In this document: positions 46,301 through 59,121 of the stretch, one piece after another | Numbering within the stretch: position 1 is the stretch's first letter | Layout of the letters: each line of letters opens with the position of its first letter | Source of the DNA: Hydrurus foetidus | Lineage: Eukaryota | DNA length: 64,000 bases | Assembly: GCA_900617105.1 (NCBI GenBank) | Contig: UYFQ01000541.1 | Span: forward strand, 1 to 64,000 | Direction: 5' to 3' | The notes under the pieces: model-generated | Told to the model about the DNA's origin: nothing | The model's database searches: none | The model's input: the letters and a program-made list of their open reading frames with translations, nothing else | Position numbers and translations under genes: made by a program

Positions 46301-47950
46301 TTTTCCACGAAATTAAGCTTACACGTTTCAAAGCACGACCAAGACTCCTCGTCTCCCGTTTTTTCTCACTCGGGAATGTAAAACTCACCCTCTAAGCTGC
46401 CTAAAACTAAAGAGACTTTTGCTGTAAAAGAGATTTATCCTTACACGACATAAATTAATCTTAGTTTACTGCGATAGCTCTTTACCATAAGCTAAACTTA
46501 ATAAAAGTATCGCAAAAGTTTCTAAGATCTGCTTCTCGAAAAATCATTTTACTGGTGTCGTTTCTTATCTTTGTTGATTTAGGATACTAATTTGCCTTTT
46601 CTTTAAATCGAGTTTACTCTAGAGTAGAAAACCTGTAAAAAAGTACAAACTACAGCTTATTACCTTTAATCAAGATTACTTTTCCACACTTAAAAGAAGT
46701 TTTGGTTCTCAAACAAAAATTAAACAGACAAGTTAGTTTCGTTAAAAGTCTAACAAACATTAAGGCTTTGGTAACTCGGAGTTAAAAACCTCAATAACTT
46801 TTGTGTATACAAGTGAAAATACGTAATTTCAAATCAAAGACGTAGTGCATTCTTCAAGGTTCAAGTTCAAAGTCTCAATAAGATTTTAAATCTGCACAGA
46901 CAAAGCTGTGCAAACGAAAAGCGCAATTAAACTTTAAAACGATTAAAAACGGCTCAAAATACACAACAAATACCTAGGCTTAAAAGTTAAGGATTCAAGA
47001 GCTAATATAAACCTAAAAGTTGATTGCAGCCAATTATAGCTCGCCTTTAATATTAGATTACATTCATTGCCTCATTTTTAATATGTCAGATATCAAAGGC
47101 TAAAAAGTAAAATTTTAATAAGTTGTTTCTTGCCTGCAGAATAAGATTAAGTATAAAGTCTATAGATTTATGTTTCCTTAAAAAAACACCATACAATCTT
47201 TTTAAAACGCAGACTTTAACATCTAGATTGTCATATTTCGACTTACCATATTATCAAGCTTAAAAAACTCTAATTTGAAGCAGAGACAAGAAAAGAATTT
47301 ACTAGGTTTATTTCTTCTACAGTGAACTCTTCAAATAAAAAACACAACAATGTAAAAATACCAACGAATTGACTTTAATCGTGTACAAAAAAGTGAGGAC
47401 ACAAGTGTGCTTCGTCATGAGTTCTCAGGTTTGGGTGAATATCAACTTTCTTTTGCTAGGAGTTTCTTAGCACAAGTACCAAGAAGCTGTTTTGTCAATA
47501 AATATTGTTAACACAAGCTAAAAGTATTGCCTATATAAAACATTGTAATAACTCTCAAGTTAAGATACGAACATAAGAACTGGAATGCTCCTTTCACGCT
47601 AATCTTTTACGACCCCTCCCCCTAACGTAAAGTTTGCTCTTGAAAAAAAATAATTATCTAATAGAATTGTTTCAATGATAGCCGCCCCACCCCTTCCCCT
47701 CATTATAAGTGTTACTAATGAGTCTATCATTCTTTTTCTTTATCGTAAGATCTGCGTTTTAAAATGTCAGTGTATCCTAACAAAAAGTTTAACTTCAACC
47801 AAAAAAGTCTATTTTGAATTATACTTGGGACAGCAATTTCTAGACTCACAGATTTGTATCTTAATATACCTTCTAGTAGATCCTATCAAAGGTAAGGCTA
47901 AGTCTCAACATATAAGATATCGAAGAAAGAATGCTTACCTTTTGATCTCA
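43400..47950. repeat. old, degenerate tandem repeat with a ~1.8-1.9 kb unit (partial + two full + partial)
   Basis: AACTTTCTTTTGCTA...TAGCACAA recurs near 43757, 45654 and 47444; TAAGCTGCCTAAAACTAAAGAG at ~44583 and ~46393. Confidence 0.88.
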
Positions 47951-47989
47951 CATTCTTACTTATAAAGAAGGCTCAACAAAAAATAGGTA

Positions 47990-48547
47990 CTACTTGCGCG
48001 CTAAGACAGATTCAACTAAGCAAGCTAGAAAAGCCAGCTTCTTAAAATTAGTCACGTCATTAAACATCTTATACGTACAATGATTTTGAACTTCCAAAAC
48101 GGAATTCAATTTATTAATTAAAAGAACTTTTTCCTCAAAAAGTTTGTTCAAAGTGGCCTTGTCACTCAAGGAGTCTTCCAATAGAAGTAAACTTCTACGT
48201 TTCAAAACGGGACCAAAACTTCTTTTACAATCAAGTTCTGTTCTTACTCGCTTAAATCCTGTGAACTCACTCCTATATAAGTTTATCAGTTCTAACGTAT
48301 CTATATTAGAACTACAAATAACGAGCTCTCCCTTGCAATTTTTTTTCAAGAATTGTAAAACTCTAACAAATTGCTTCACGCTTTTGACGAGCTCAAATAG
48401 ATCAAGACCTAACTCAGACTTGGTTCCGGATCTATTCAAAACTATTCGACTTGACTTTTGACAAACTTGTCGAGGCGACCCTGAAAGAATCAAAAATTCT
48501 GAACTGATAATACTTTTAAACAAAACTGTATTCAACTTGTTTTTCAT
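47990..48547 (-). CDS. rps2: divergent ribosomal protein S2 (GTG at 48571 possible)
   Basis: LDLFELVKSVKQ...KGELVIC, SLLLLED and TYKMFND correspond to the S2 IDL, ILFV, LIVID and YPIPGND segments. Confidence 0.72.
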   Translation of the reverse strand: MKNKLNTVLFKSIISSEFLILSGSPRQVCQKSSRIVLNRSGTKSELGLDLFELVKSVKQFVRVLQFLKKNCKGELVICSSNIDTLELINLYRSEFTGFKRVRTELDCKRSFGPVLKRRSLLLLEDSLSDKATLNKLFEEKVLLINKLNSVLEVQNHCTYKMFNDVTNFKKLAFLACLVESVLARK

Positions 48548-48598
48548 AATCTTAACAGAAACTTCGACCACAAAGAAAACCTTCTCATTCAGGTGATT

Positions 48599-48666
48599 TA
48601 GGCAAGGACGGGTTTGAACCGCTTACCATGAAAAACATCTAACTTTTCTAACACTCTACTCAACCT
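48599..48666 (-). pseudogene. tRNA-like remnant just 3' of rnl, resembling trnV
   Basis: AGGTTGAGTAG...AGCGGTTCAAACCCGTCCTTGCCTA versus trnV AGGTGAGTAG...AGCGGTTCGAACCCGCTTTTACCTA; D and anticodon arms not recognisable. Confidence 0.4.
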
Positions 48667-48719
48667 AGGACTGACGGAACTAAAAAATTAGGCTTGAAAA
48701 GTATTTTTAATAATATAAA

Positions 48720-48997
48720 AAAGGGGTTAGTACTTCTAAACTTGGTTAGTTCTAACCTTTACATTCGAAGCCTATTACGTGATATTCTTTCACGTCTTTG
48801 AAAAACTTGATTTAAGGTAAGTTTCCTACTTATATGCTTTCAGCAGTTATCTCTTACAAACGTAGCTACTCGGCGTTGCTTTAGATTAAACAACCGATAC
48901 ACAAGAGGTTTGCTTAATTCGGTCCTCTCGTACTAGAACGCAATCCTTTCAGTTTTCTACACTCGTAGCAGATAGGGACAAAACTGTCTCACGACGT

Positions 48998-49048
<51 letters not shown>

Positions 49049-49062
49049 AGCCTTCTTCAGTT

Positions 49063-49097
<35 letters not shown>

Positions 49098-49126
49098 GGT
49101 CTCGTCGATAAGAACTCTTAGAAACC

Positions 49127-49157
<31 letters not shown>

Positions 49158-49474
49158 TCGTTGAGCGATGATCTTTCCACACAGAATCACCGGATCACTA
49201 TGGCCGACTTTCATCCCTGTGTGATTTGTCAATCTTACAGTCAAGCAGACATACACCATTACGCTCTCAAGCGTAAAAACACTCGAGTCTGCCTTTGCAC
49301 ACCTCCGTTACTCTTTAGGAGGTGACCGCCCCAGTCAAACTACCTTTCACAAGCTGTCTTAGCTAAAAATGAGTAAAATTAAGAATCAAGAGTGGTATTT
49401 CACTACAGCTTTTTAAAGAATACAAAAGCTCCCACTTATACTACACAAGATTAGTAACGTTACAACTTATAATC

Positions 49475-49505
<31 letters not shown>

Positions 49506-49570
49506 ACTACAAGGAATCCGCATCTTCACGGATATTTCAAATTCACCAAGCCTGTGCTGGAGACAGCGGA

Positions 49571-49629
<59 letters not shown>

Positions 49630-51345
49630 TGGACCGTCAGAGTTACAGCCGCCGTTTACTGGGGCTTAATTTCAACGCCACAGCGAATCCATGTTACCTT
49701 ACAGCACCGGGCAGGTGTCAGTCCCTATACATCTTCTTTCGAATTCGCAGAGACTTGTGTTTTTATTAAACAGTCGCTTCTCCCTCTTTAGTGACAACTC
49801 TAAAAAGAGACCAGAATTAGAGTCACTCCTTATTCCGAAGTTACAGAGCAATTTTGCCGAGTTCCTTCAGCACAGTTATCTTGAACGCCTTAGTATATTC
49901 TACTCATCCACCTGTGTCGGTTTAGGGTACGGTTTTCAAAATCAAGTACTTTTTCCAGAAAAAGCTGGAATATTCAGATTCATAATCGTTAAATCTACAA
50001 TAGTTTTCGCTTCTTGTCATACTTGAAACTTTCCTATCAGCGTATACATTAGTAATTTGCCTTAAGGACCGCTTAAACTCACAATGAAACATCTGACTTT
50101 ATCGAGTATTGAGTCAAAAACCTTAGATTTACGGCGACAATGATTAAACATTGTTTTTGGCTACTAATGCCAGTATACTCACTTTTGATACCTCCAATCG
50201 TTTTCACAAACGATATTCGACAGCCTACAAAACGTTCTGCTACCAATTTCTACCGATTCGGGAAAAAGTTTAGTCTCTTTAAATTTTTGAGGCAAAAGGG
50301 CTCAGTCAATGAGCTGTTACGCTTTCTTAAAAAGATGGCTGCTTCCAAGCCTACTTCATGATTGTCTATACCTTTTCACTCTCTTCTCACTTAACTTTTA
50401 ATTAAAGCCCTTATCGTTTAGTCTGGGCTGTTTCCCTCTCGACTATAGACCTTCGCACCTATAGTCTGACTCCACAAAAGATTGAACCGTATTCGAAGTT
50501 TTTAAAAAATTAGTAAGATCAAAGATCCCCAGCAATAAAAAAGTGCTCTACCCCGGTTAAAGTTCATCTTGCAGGCTATACTAAAATATATTTCGCAGAA
50601 AAACAGCTATCCCTGAGTTTGATTAGCCTTTCACTCCTAACCACAAGTCATTTCAATCTTTTTCAACAGATACGAGTTCGGTCCTCCTGCGATGTATTTC
50701 TACACGTCATTCAACCTGCTCATGATTAGATCACTCAGCTTCGGGTCTTATGCGTGTGACTCGTAACAAAACAAGTTCTAGCTAATTAAAGCGTTCGAGT
50801 TACCTACGTATTCAATATATTTAAACTTGCCACACACATAAACTCACTGGCCCATTATGCAAAAGGTACGCTGTCAACTTTAATGAAGCCTTCAACAGAT
50901 TATTAGCATCGAATTTTAGGTTCTTTGACATGACTCTAAAGAAGTTCTTTTTCACCTTTCCCTTACGGTACTAGTTCACTATCGGTTATCAAAAGCATCT
51001 AGATTCGAGGGTAGGTCCCCGAAAGCCAACAAATTTAGCATAATCCGTCAACGAAGTTAGAGTCTCACAAAAGTGTTACAGGACTTTTACCTTCTATGGA
51101 TTCACACCCGTTCAACTCTCAATATCTAAAGTCATATTCGCTCGCCGCTACTAACAACCTCTCGTTTGTTTTTTCTCCAAGTTACTATAATGTTTTACTT
51201 CACCTGGTTTATAATCTCTCTAAAAGATAGATTTCTCTTTAATCAGTAATTAGACTTCACCTATTTTATCAGGTCTACTTTTTGCAATACACAACTGAAT
51301 TCTTTTGATACCAAGGCAGCCATTCGATGCATCTGAGATGGAACG
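48720..51345 (-). rRNA. rnl: large subunit rRNA, no introns seen (ends approximate)
   Basis: sarcin-ricin loop AGTACGAGAGGACC, peptidyl-transferase sequences GGCACCTCGATGTCGGCTC and GGGATAACAGGCTGAT, 5' GGCTGCCTTGG and 3' GTACTAA. Confidence 0.97.
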
Positions 51346-51369
51346 ACTCAAATGGTCCTTCAAAACTTG

Positions 51370-52935
51370 CGCCTCACCACACCTGTTTCAAAAACTAAGA
51401 TCTTCGTGATACAACCTAGTAAAACAATTTAAACTATACTTAATCAAATAACCAATCATTTCTGTTTTACGTGCAAAGAAAAAAACGTACATCGACTGAA
51501 TTATACGCCTAGGAAGGAGATGCTTTTTCCTCTAAACTATTGCGTCGGCAACAACAACACACAACGTAGCGAGCGAACAAAGTTAAGTTTACTATCATTA
51601 TTTCTAGAATACAATTCTAAATTCAAATAAGCTATTTTCTCATAAAACGCTCTGACTTAAGTTTTAACAGTATTTTCTAATAGAACGCTTTCTTTCATCT
51701 TTGCTTCATGGTTCGAAAATGAAATGAATAAACTCTTCCTCTTGGTTTACTCCTTGACACTTTTCAATAGTGGATTCTTCGGCTATTACAATTTGTAGTA
51801 AAATTAAACTTTTTGTATCAAAGGTCATCTGTTTTAACCTGATCAAAATAAACCAGCTCAAACAATTCTTCTCAACAGAATTAACACCTTTCCCGAACTA
51901 CATTATCATTTCAAAGACTAAAGTCCTCGTTATACAACCTAATGAAATAACTTGAATTGTACTCATTCAAGTAACTGATAATTTCTGCTTTACGTGCAAA
52001 TAAAAACGTACATCTAAATGACTGAATCGTCTAGGAGGGAAGAATCATGTCTTCTTTCTCTAAGCTGTTGCGCTAAACAAACATGAGCGAGCGAATAAAG
52101 CCAACAAAGTCAAATTTACTACGATTATTCTTAGGATACGATTCTAAATATGGGTCAAGTGAACTATTTTCTCACGAAGTACTCTGATCTAACTTTAACA
52201 CCGTTTTCTAATAGACGAATTCAAGTAGTCAATAACGCTCTCATCCCTTTTTTCTAAAAAAGTCAACTTAAATCAGATTGTTTTTTGTTACACACTTCAA
52301 AAATGAATAAACTCTTCTTTTTTGTTTACCTCAGGACACTTTTCAATAGTGGATTCTTCAGCCATTACAATTTGTATCAAAGGTCATCTGTTCTAACCTG
52401 ATCAAGATAAAACAGCTCAAACGATTCTTTTCAACAGAATTAACACCTCCCCAAACTAACATTATCATTTCAAAGACTAAAATACAACTTACAACTTGAA
52501 TCGTACTCAGTCAAGTAACTGACAATTTCCGCTTTACGTGCAAAGAAAAACTTACATCTAAACGACTGAATTATCTCTAGGAGGGAAGAATCATGTCTTT
52601 TTTCTCTAAGCTGTTGCGTCAAAAAGTCATGGGCGAGCAAATAAAGCCAACAAAGTTAAATTTACTACTGTTATTTCTAGAATAAGCTTTTAAATATAGG
52701 TCAAGTGAACTAATGAAATACTCTGATCTAACTTTAACACCATTTTCCAATAGACGAATTCAAGTAGTCAAATAACACTTTCATCTTTTCTTTCTAAAAA
52801 AAGTCAACCTAAATCACATTATTTTTCGTTCCACACTTCAAAAATGAATAAACTCTTCTTTTTTGTTTACCCCTGGACATTTTTCAATATTGGATTCTTC
52901 GGTCATTACAATTTATACTAAAGTCATTAAACTTT
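51370..52935. repeat. three degenerate tandem copies of a ~520-550 bp unit immediately upstream of rnl
   Basis: TTTACGTGCAAA near 51466, 51989 and 52533; TGGATTCTTC near 51771, 52350 and 52891. Confidence 0.9.
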
Positions 52936-53011
52936 TTGCATTAAAGACCATTTATCTTCTATCAAGTAAAAAGTCTTTCCTATCAATTTAAAAACTTAGT
53001 AAAAAAGTCGA

Positions 53012-53082
53012 TGCGAACAATGAGATTTGAACTCATATCCCCTGATTGGAAGTCAGAAAATCTACCCTTGATATATATTCGC
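53012..53082 (-). tRNA. trnG: tRNA-Gly(UCC)
   Basis: GCGAATA...TGTTCGC-A, anticodon arm TCTGA-CTTCCAA-TCAGG. Confidence 0.92.
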
Positions 53083-53109
53083 AAATATTCTACTCTCTTA
53101 AATCCAATT

Positions 53110-56100
53110 TCAAAATAGACTAAAAATTTCAAGATCGAACATACTCTACATTTTAAAACGAATCACTTTTAACTAGAAAGGTTTTCTCCGGTTAACTGTA
53201 TTTTTACACTTGTTTAAACAGCTGATATTTTCGCTTTTATGGTTACCATCAAACTTTTAAGAAGATTGTTCTTAAATAAAAAATGAGTTCTGACTTTTAC
53301 GACGAAGTAGATAAAAATTAGAATGAAATCGATATTGCTAAAAGTCACTCTGTTAAGTTAAATCGTTTTTTGTACAGCCTGCTTTCTATTTCAACTATCT
53401 TGAAAAGATTCAAGGAATTTATTTTCGAGTTTTAAAAGATACGCTTAACACTAACGTTTAGTTTCAGACACAAACGCGAATTTAAAGTTAATTTCTAGGA
53501 AGTAGTAAATAATTCAGTTGTTTTAGTAAAATGAAAATTTGACCGTTAATACGAAAATTTCTTTTACTGGAGGCTGGGATAGGTAGGATGTGATATGGTA
53601 GTATTACATCCTACCATTAGTACTTTGTTTTATTTATACAATGTATACTCTGGTAATATGTCTATTACCTGATTGTATATTGTATAATAGAATAGATTAG
53701 TTTAAGTTAGTAATGGTTGATAGGTTAAGTTAGAAACTCTCATAACGCGTAATTGCTTGATTTCTGATTTAAATGAATTTTTTTCTTTGCAGGTATAAAA
53801 AATTTCAGCTGAAACGTTACTTTTAATCAAAATGAACTTCGGTTCCTGTAGAAAAGAAAATCTTTTAAACTGAAAAATTCAAATCCAACGAATGTTTTAA
53901 CCGTTTTAGGTAAAAAGCTTTAAAATGTAATCTCCTAAATTAGAATTTACACTTTTGAAGAGACTAGCGCGTTTTTCCCTCTACTTCGTCGTCACTTTCC
54001 GTAAAAAGAACTTTATTCACAACATTAACGTTTAGTTTCAAACACAAACGCGAATTTAAAGTTAATTTCTAGGAAGTAGTAAATAATTCAATTGTTTTAG
54101 TAAAATGAAAATTTGACCGTTAATACGAAAATTTCTTTTACTGGAGGCTGGGATAGGTAGGATGTGATATGGTAGTATTACATCCTACCATTAATACTTT
54201 GTTTTATTTATACAATGTATACTCTGGTAATATGTCTATTACCTGATTGTATATTGTATAATAGAATAGATTAGTTTAAGTTAGTAATGGTTGATAGGTT
54301 AAGTTAGAAACTCTCATAACGCGTAATTGCTTGATTTCTGATTTAAATGAATTTTTTTCTTTGCAGGTATAAAAAATTTCAGCTGAAACGTTACTTTTAA
54401 TCAAAATGAACTTCGGTTCCTGTAGAAAAGAAAATCTTTTAAACTGAAAAATTCAAATCCAACGAATGTTTTAACCGTTTTAGGTAAAAAGCTTTAAAAT
54501 GTAATCTCCTAAATTAGAATTTACACTTTTGAAGAGACTAGCGCGTTTTTCCCTCTACTTCGTCGTCACTTTCCGTAAAAAGAACTTTATTCACAACATT
54601 AACGTTTAGTTTCAAACACAAACGCGAATTTAAAGTTAATTTCTAGAAAGTAGAAAATAATTCAGTTGTTTTAGTAAAATGAAAATTTGACCGTTAATAC
54701 GAAAATTTCTTTTACTGGAGGCTGGGATAGGTAGGATGTGATATGGTAGTATTACATCCTACCATTAATACTTTGTTTTATTTATACAATGTATACTCTG
54801 GTAATATGTCTATTACCTGATTGTATATTGTATAATAGAATAGATTACTTTAAGTTAGTAATGGTTAGTAGGTTAAGTTAGAAACTCTCATAACGCGTAA
54901 TTGCTTGATTTCTGACTTAAGTGAATTTTTTTCTTTGCAGGTATAAAAAATTTCAGCTGAAACGTTACTTTTAATCAAAATGAACTTCGGTTCCTGTAGA
55001 AAAGAAAATCTTTTAAACTGAAAAATTCAAATCCAACGAATGTTTTAACCGTTTTAGGTAAAAAGCTTTAAAATGTAATCTCCTAAATTAAAATTTACAC
55101 TTTTGAAGAGACTACGCGCGTTTTTCCCTCTACTTCGTCGTCACTTTCCGTAAAAAGAACTTTATTCACAACATTAACGTTTAGTTTCAAACACAAACGC
55201 GAATTTAAAGTTAATTTCTAGAAAGTAGAAAATAATTCAGTTGTTTTAGTAAAATGAAAATTTGACCGTTAATACGAAAATTTCTTTTACTGGAGGCTGG
55301 GATAGGTAGGATGTGATATGGTAGTATTACATCCTACCATTAATACTTTGTTTTATTTATACAATGTATACTCTGGTAATATGTCTATTACCTGATTGTA
55401 TATTGTATAATAGAATAGATTACTTTAAGTTAGTAATGGTTAGTAGGTTAAGTTAGAAACTCTCATAACGCGTAATTGCTTGATTTCTGACTTAAGTAAA
55501 TTTTTTTCTTTGCAGGTATAAAAAATTTCAGCTGAAACGTTACTTTTAATCAAAATGAACTTCGGTTCCTGTAGAAAAGAAAATCTTTTAAACTGAAAAA
55601 TTCAAATCCAACGAATGTTTTAACCGTTTTAGGTAAAAAGCTTTAAAATGTAATCTCCTAAATTAGAATTTACACTTTTGAAGAGACTACGCGCGTTTTT
55701 CCCTCTACTTCGTCGTCACTTTCTGTAAAAGGAACTTTATTCACAACACTAACGTTTAGTTTCAAAATAGATTAAGAATTTCAAGATCGAACATACTCTA
55801 CATTTTAAAACGAATCACTTTTAACTAGAAAGGTTTTCTCCGGTTAACTGTATTTTTACACTTGTTTAAACAGCTGATATTTTCGCTTTTATGGTTACCC
55901 TCAAACTTTTAAGAAGATTGTTCTTAAATAAAAAATGAGTTCTGACTTTTACGACGAAGTAGATAAAAATTAGAATGAAATCGATATTGCTAAAAGTCAC
56001 TCTGTTAAGTTAAATCGTTTTTTGTACAGCCTGCTTTTTATTTCAACTATCTTGAAAAGATTCAAGGAATTTATTTTCGAGTTTTAAAAGATACGCTTAA

Positions 56101-59100
56101 CACTAACGTTTAGTTTCAAACACAAACGCGAATTTAAAGTTAATTTCTAGGAAGTAGAAAATAATTCAGTTGTTTTAGTAAAATGAAAATTTGACCGTTA
56201 ATACGAAAATTTCTTTTACTGGAGGCTGGGATAGGTAGGATGTGATATGGTAGTATTACATCCTACCATTAATACTTTGTTTTATTTATACAATGTATAC
56301 TCTGGTAATATGTCTATTACCTGATTGTATATTGTATAATAGAATAGATTACTTTAAGTTAGTAATGGTTAGTAGGTTAAGTTAGAAACTCTCATAACGC
56401 GTAATTGCTTGATTTCTGACTTAAGTGAATTTTTTTCTTTGCAGGTATAAAAAATTTCAGCTGAAACGTTACTTTTAATCAAAATGAACTTCGGTTCCTG
56501 TAGAAAAGAAAATCTTTTAAACTGAAAAATTCAAATCCAACGAATGTTTTAACCGTTTTAGGTAAAAAGCTTTAAAATGTAATCTCCTAAATTAAAATTT
56601 ACACTTTTGAAGAGACTACGCGCGTTTTTCCCTCTACTTCGTCGTCACTTTCCGTAAAAAGAACTTTATTCACAACATTAACGTTTAGTTTCAAACACAA
56701 ACGCGAATTTAAAGTTAATTTCTAGAAAGTAGAAAATAATTCAGTTGTTTTAGTAAAATGAAAATTTGACCGTTAATACGAAAATTTCTTTTACTGGAGG
56801 CTGGGATAGGTAGGATGTGATATGGTAGTATTACATCCTACCATTAGTACTTTGTTTTATTTATACAATGTATACTCTGGTAATATGTCTATTACCTGAT
56901 TGTATATTGTATAATAGAATAGATTACTTTAAGTTAGTAATGGTTAGTAGGTTAAGTTAGAAACTCTCATAACGCGTAATTGCTTGATTTCTGACTTAAG
57001 TAAATTTTTTTCTTTGCAGGTATAAAAAATTTCAGCTGAAACGTTACTTTTAATCAAAATGAACTTCGGTTCCTGTAGAAAAGAAAATCTTTTAAACTGA
57101 AAAATTCAAATCCAACGAATGTTTTAACCGTTTTAGGTAAAAAGCTTTAAAATGTAATCTCCTAAATTAGAATTTACACTTTTGAAGAGACTACGCGCGT
57201 TTTTCCCTCTACTTCGTCGTCACTTTCTGTAAAAGGAACTTTATTCACAACACTAACGTTTAGTTTCAAAATAGATTAAGAATTTCAAGATCGAACATAC
57301 TCTACATTTTAAAACGAATCACTTTTAACTAGAAAGGTTTTCTCCGGTTAACTGTATTTTTACACTTGTTTAAACAGCTGATATTTTCGCTTTTATGGTT
57401 ACCCTCAAACTTTTAAGAAGATTGTTCTTAAATAAAAAATGAGTTCTGACTTTTACGACGAAGTAGATAAAAATTAGAATGAAATCGATATTGCTAAAAG
57501 TCACTCTGTTAAGTTAAATCGTTTTTTGTACAACCTGCTTTTTATTTCAACTATCTTGAAAAGATTCAAGGAATTTATTTTCGAGTTTTAAAAGATACGC
57601 TTAACACTAACGTTTAGTTTCAGACACAAACGCGAATTTAAAGTTAATTTCTAGGAAGTAGTAAATAATTCAATTGTTTTAGTAAAATGAAAATTTGACC
57701 GTTAATACGAAAATTTCTTTTACTGGAGGCTGGGATAGGTAGGATGTGATATGGTAGTATTACATCCTACCATTAGTACTTTGTTTTATTTATACAATGT
57801 ATACTCTGGTAATATGTCTATTACCTGATTGTATATTGTATAATAGAATAGATTAGTTTAAGTTAGTAATGGTTGATAGGTTAAGTTAGAAACTCTCATA
57901 ACGCGTAATTGCTTGATTTCTGATTTAAATGAATTTTTTTCTTTGCAGGTATAAAAAATTTCAGCTGAAACGTTACTTTTAATCAAAATGAACTTCGGTT
58001 CCTGTAGAAAAGAAAATCTTTTAAACTGAAAAATTCAAATCCAACGAATGTTTTAACCGTTTTAGGTAAAAAGCTTTAAAATGTAATCTCCTAAATTAGA
58101 ATTTACACTTTTGAAGAGACTACGCGCGTTTTTCCCTCTACTTCGTCGTCACTTTCCGTAAAAAGAACTTTATTCACAACATTAACGTTTAGTTTCAAAC
58201 ACAAACGCGAATTTAAAGTTAATTTCTAGGAAGTAGTAAATAATTCAGTTGTTTTAGTAAAATGAAAATTTGACCGTTAATACGAAAATTTCTTTTACTG
58301 GAGGCTGGGATAGGTAGGATGTGATATGGTAGTATTACATCCTACCATTAGTACTTTGTTTTATTTATACAATGTATACTCTGGTAATATGTCTATTACC
58401 TGATTGTATATTGTATAATAGAATAGATTACTTTAAGTTAGTAATGGTTAGTAGGTTAAGTTAGAAACTCTCATAACGCGTAATTGCTTGATTTCTGACT
58501 TAAGTGAACTTTTTTCTTTGCAGGTATAAAAAATTTCAGCTGAAACGTTACTTTTAATCAAAATGAACTTCGGTTCCTGTAGAAAAGAAAATCTTTTAAA
58601 CTGAAAAATTCAAATCCAACGAATGTTTTAACCGTTTTAGGTAAAAAGCTTTAAAATGTAATCTCCTAAATTAGAATTTACACTTTTGAAGAGACTACGC
58701 GCGTTTTTCCCTCTACTTCGTCGTCACTTTCTGTAAAAGGAACTTTATTCACAACACTAACGTTTAGTTTCAAAATAGATTAAGAATTTCAAGATCGAAC
58801 ATACTCTACATTTTAAAACGAATCACTTTTAACTAGAAAGGTTTTCTCCGGTTAACTGTATTTTTACACTTGTTTAAACAGCTGATATTTTCGCTTTTAT
58901 GGTTACCCTCAAACTTTTAAGAAGATTGTTCTTAAATAAAAAATGAGTTCTGACTTTTACGACGAAGTAGATAAAAACTAGAATGAAATCGATATTGCTA
59001 AAAGTCACTCTGTTAAGTTAAATCGTTTTTTGTACAGCCTGCTTTCTATTTCAACTATCTTGAAAAGATTCAAGGAATTTATTTTCGAGTTTTAAAAGAT

Positions 59101-59105
59101 ACGCT
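53110..59105 (+). repeat. higher-order tandem array A-B-B-B-B-A-B-B-A-B-B-A (A = 354 bp, B = 574-575 bp)
   Basis: junction AACGTTTAGTTTCA at 53453, 54027, 54601, 55176 (B), 55751 (A), 56105, 56680 (B), 57255 (A), 57609, 58184 (B), 58759 (A); copies nearly identical. Confidence 0.97.
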
Positions 59106-59121
59106 AAATTTAAGGTTAATT

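Noticed and set aside
49484..50361. Plus-strand ORFs of 61-111 aa
   Set aside because: They are antisense to conserved rnl sequence
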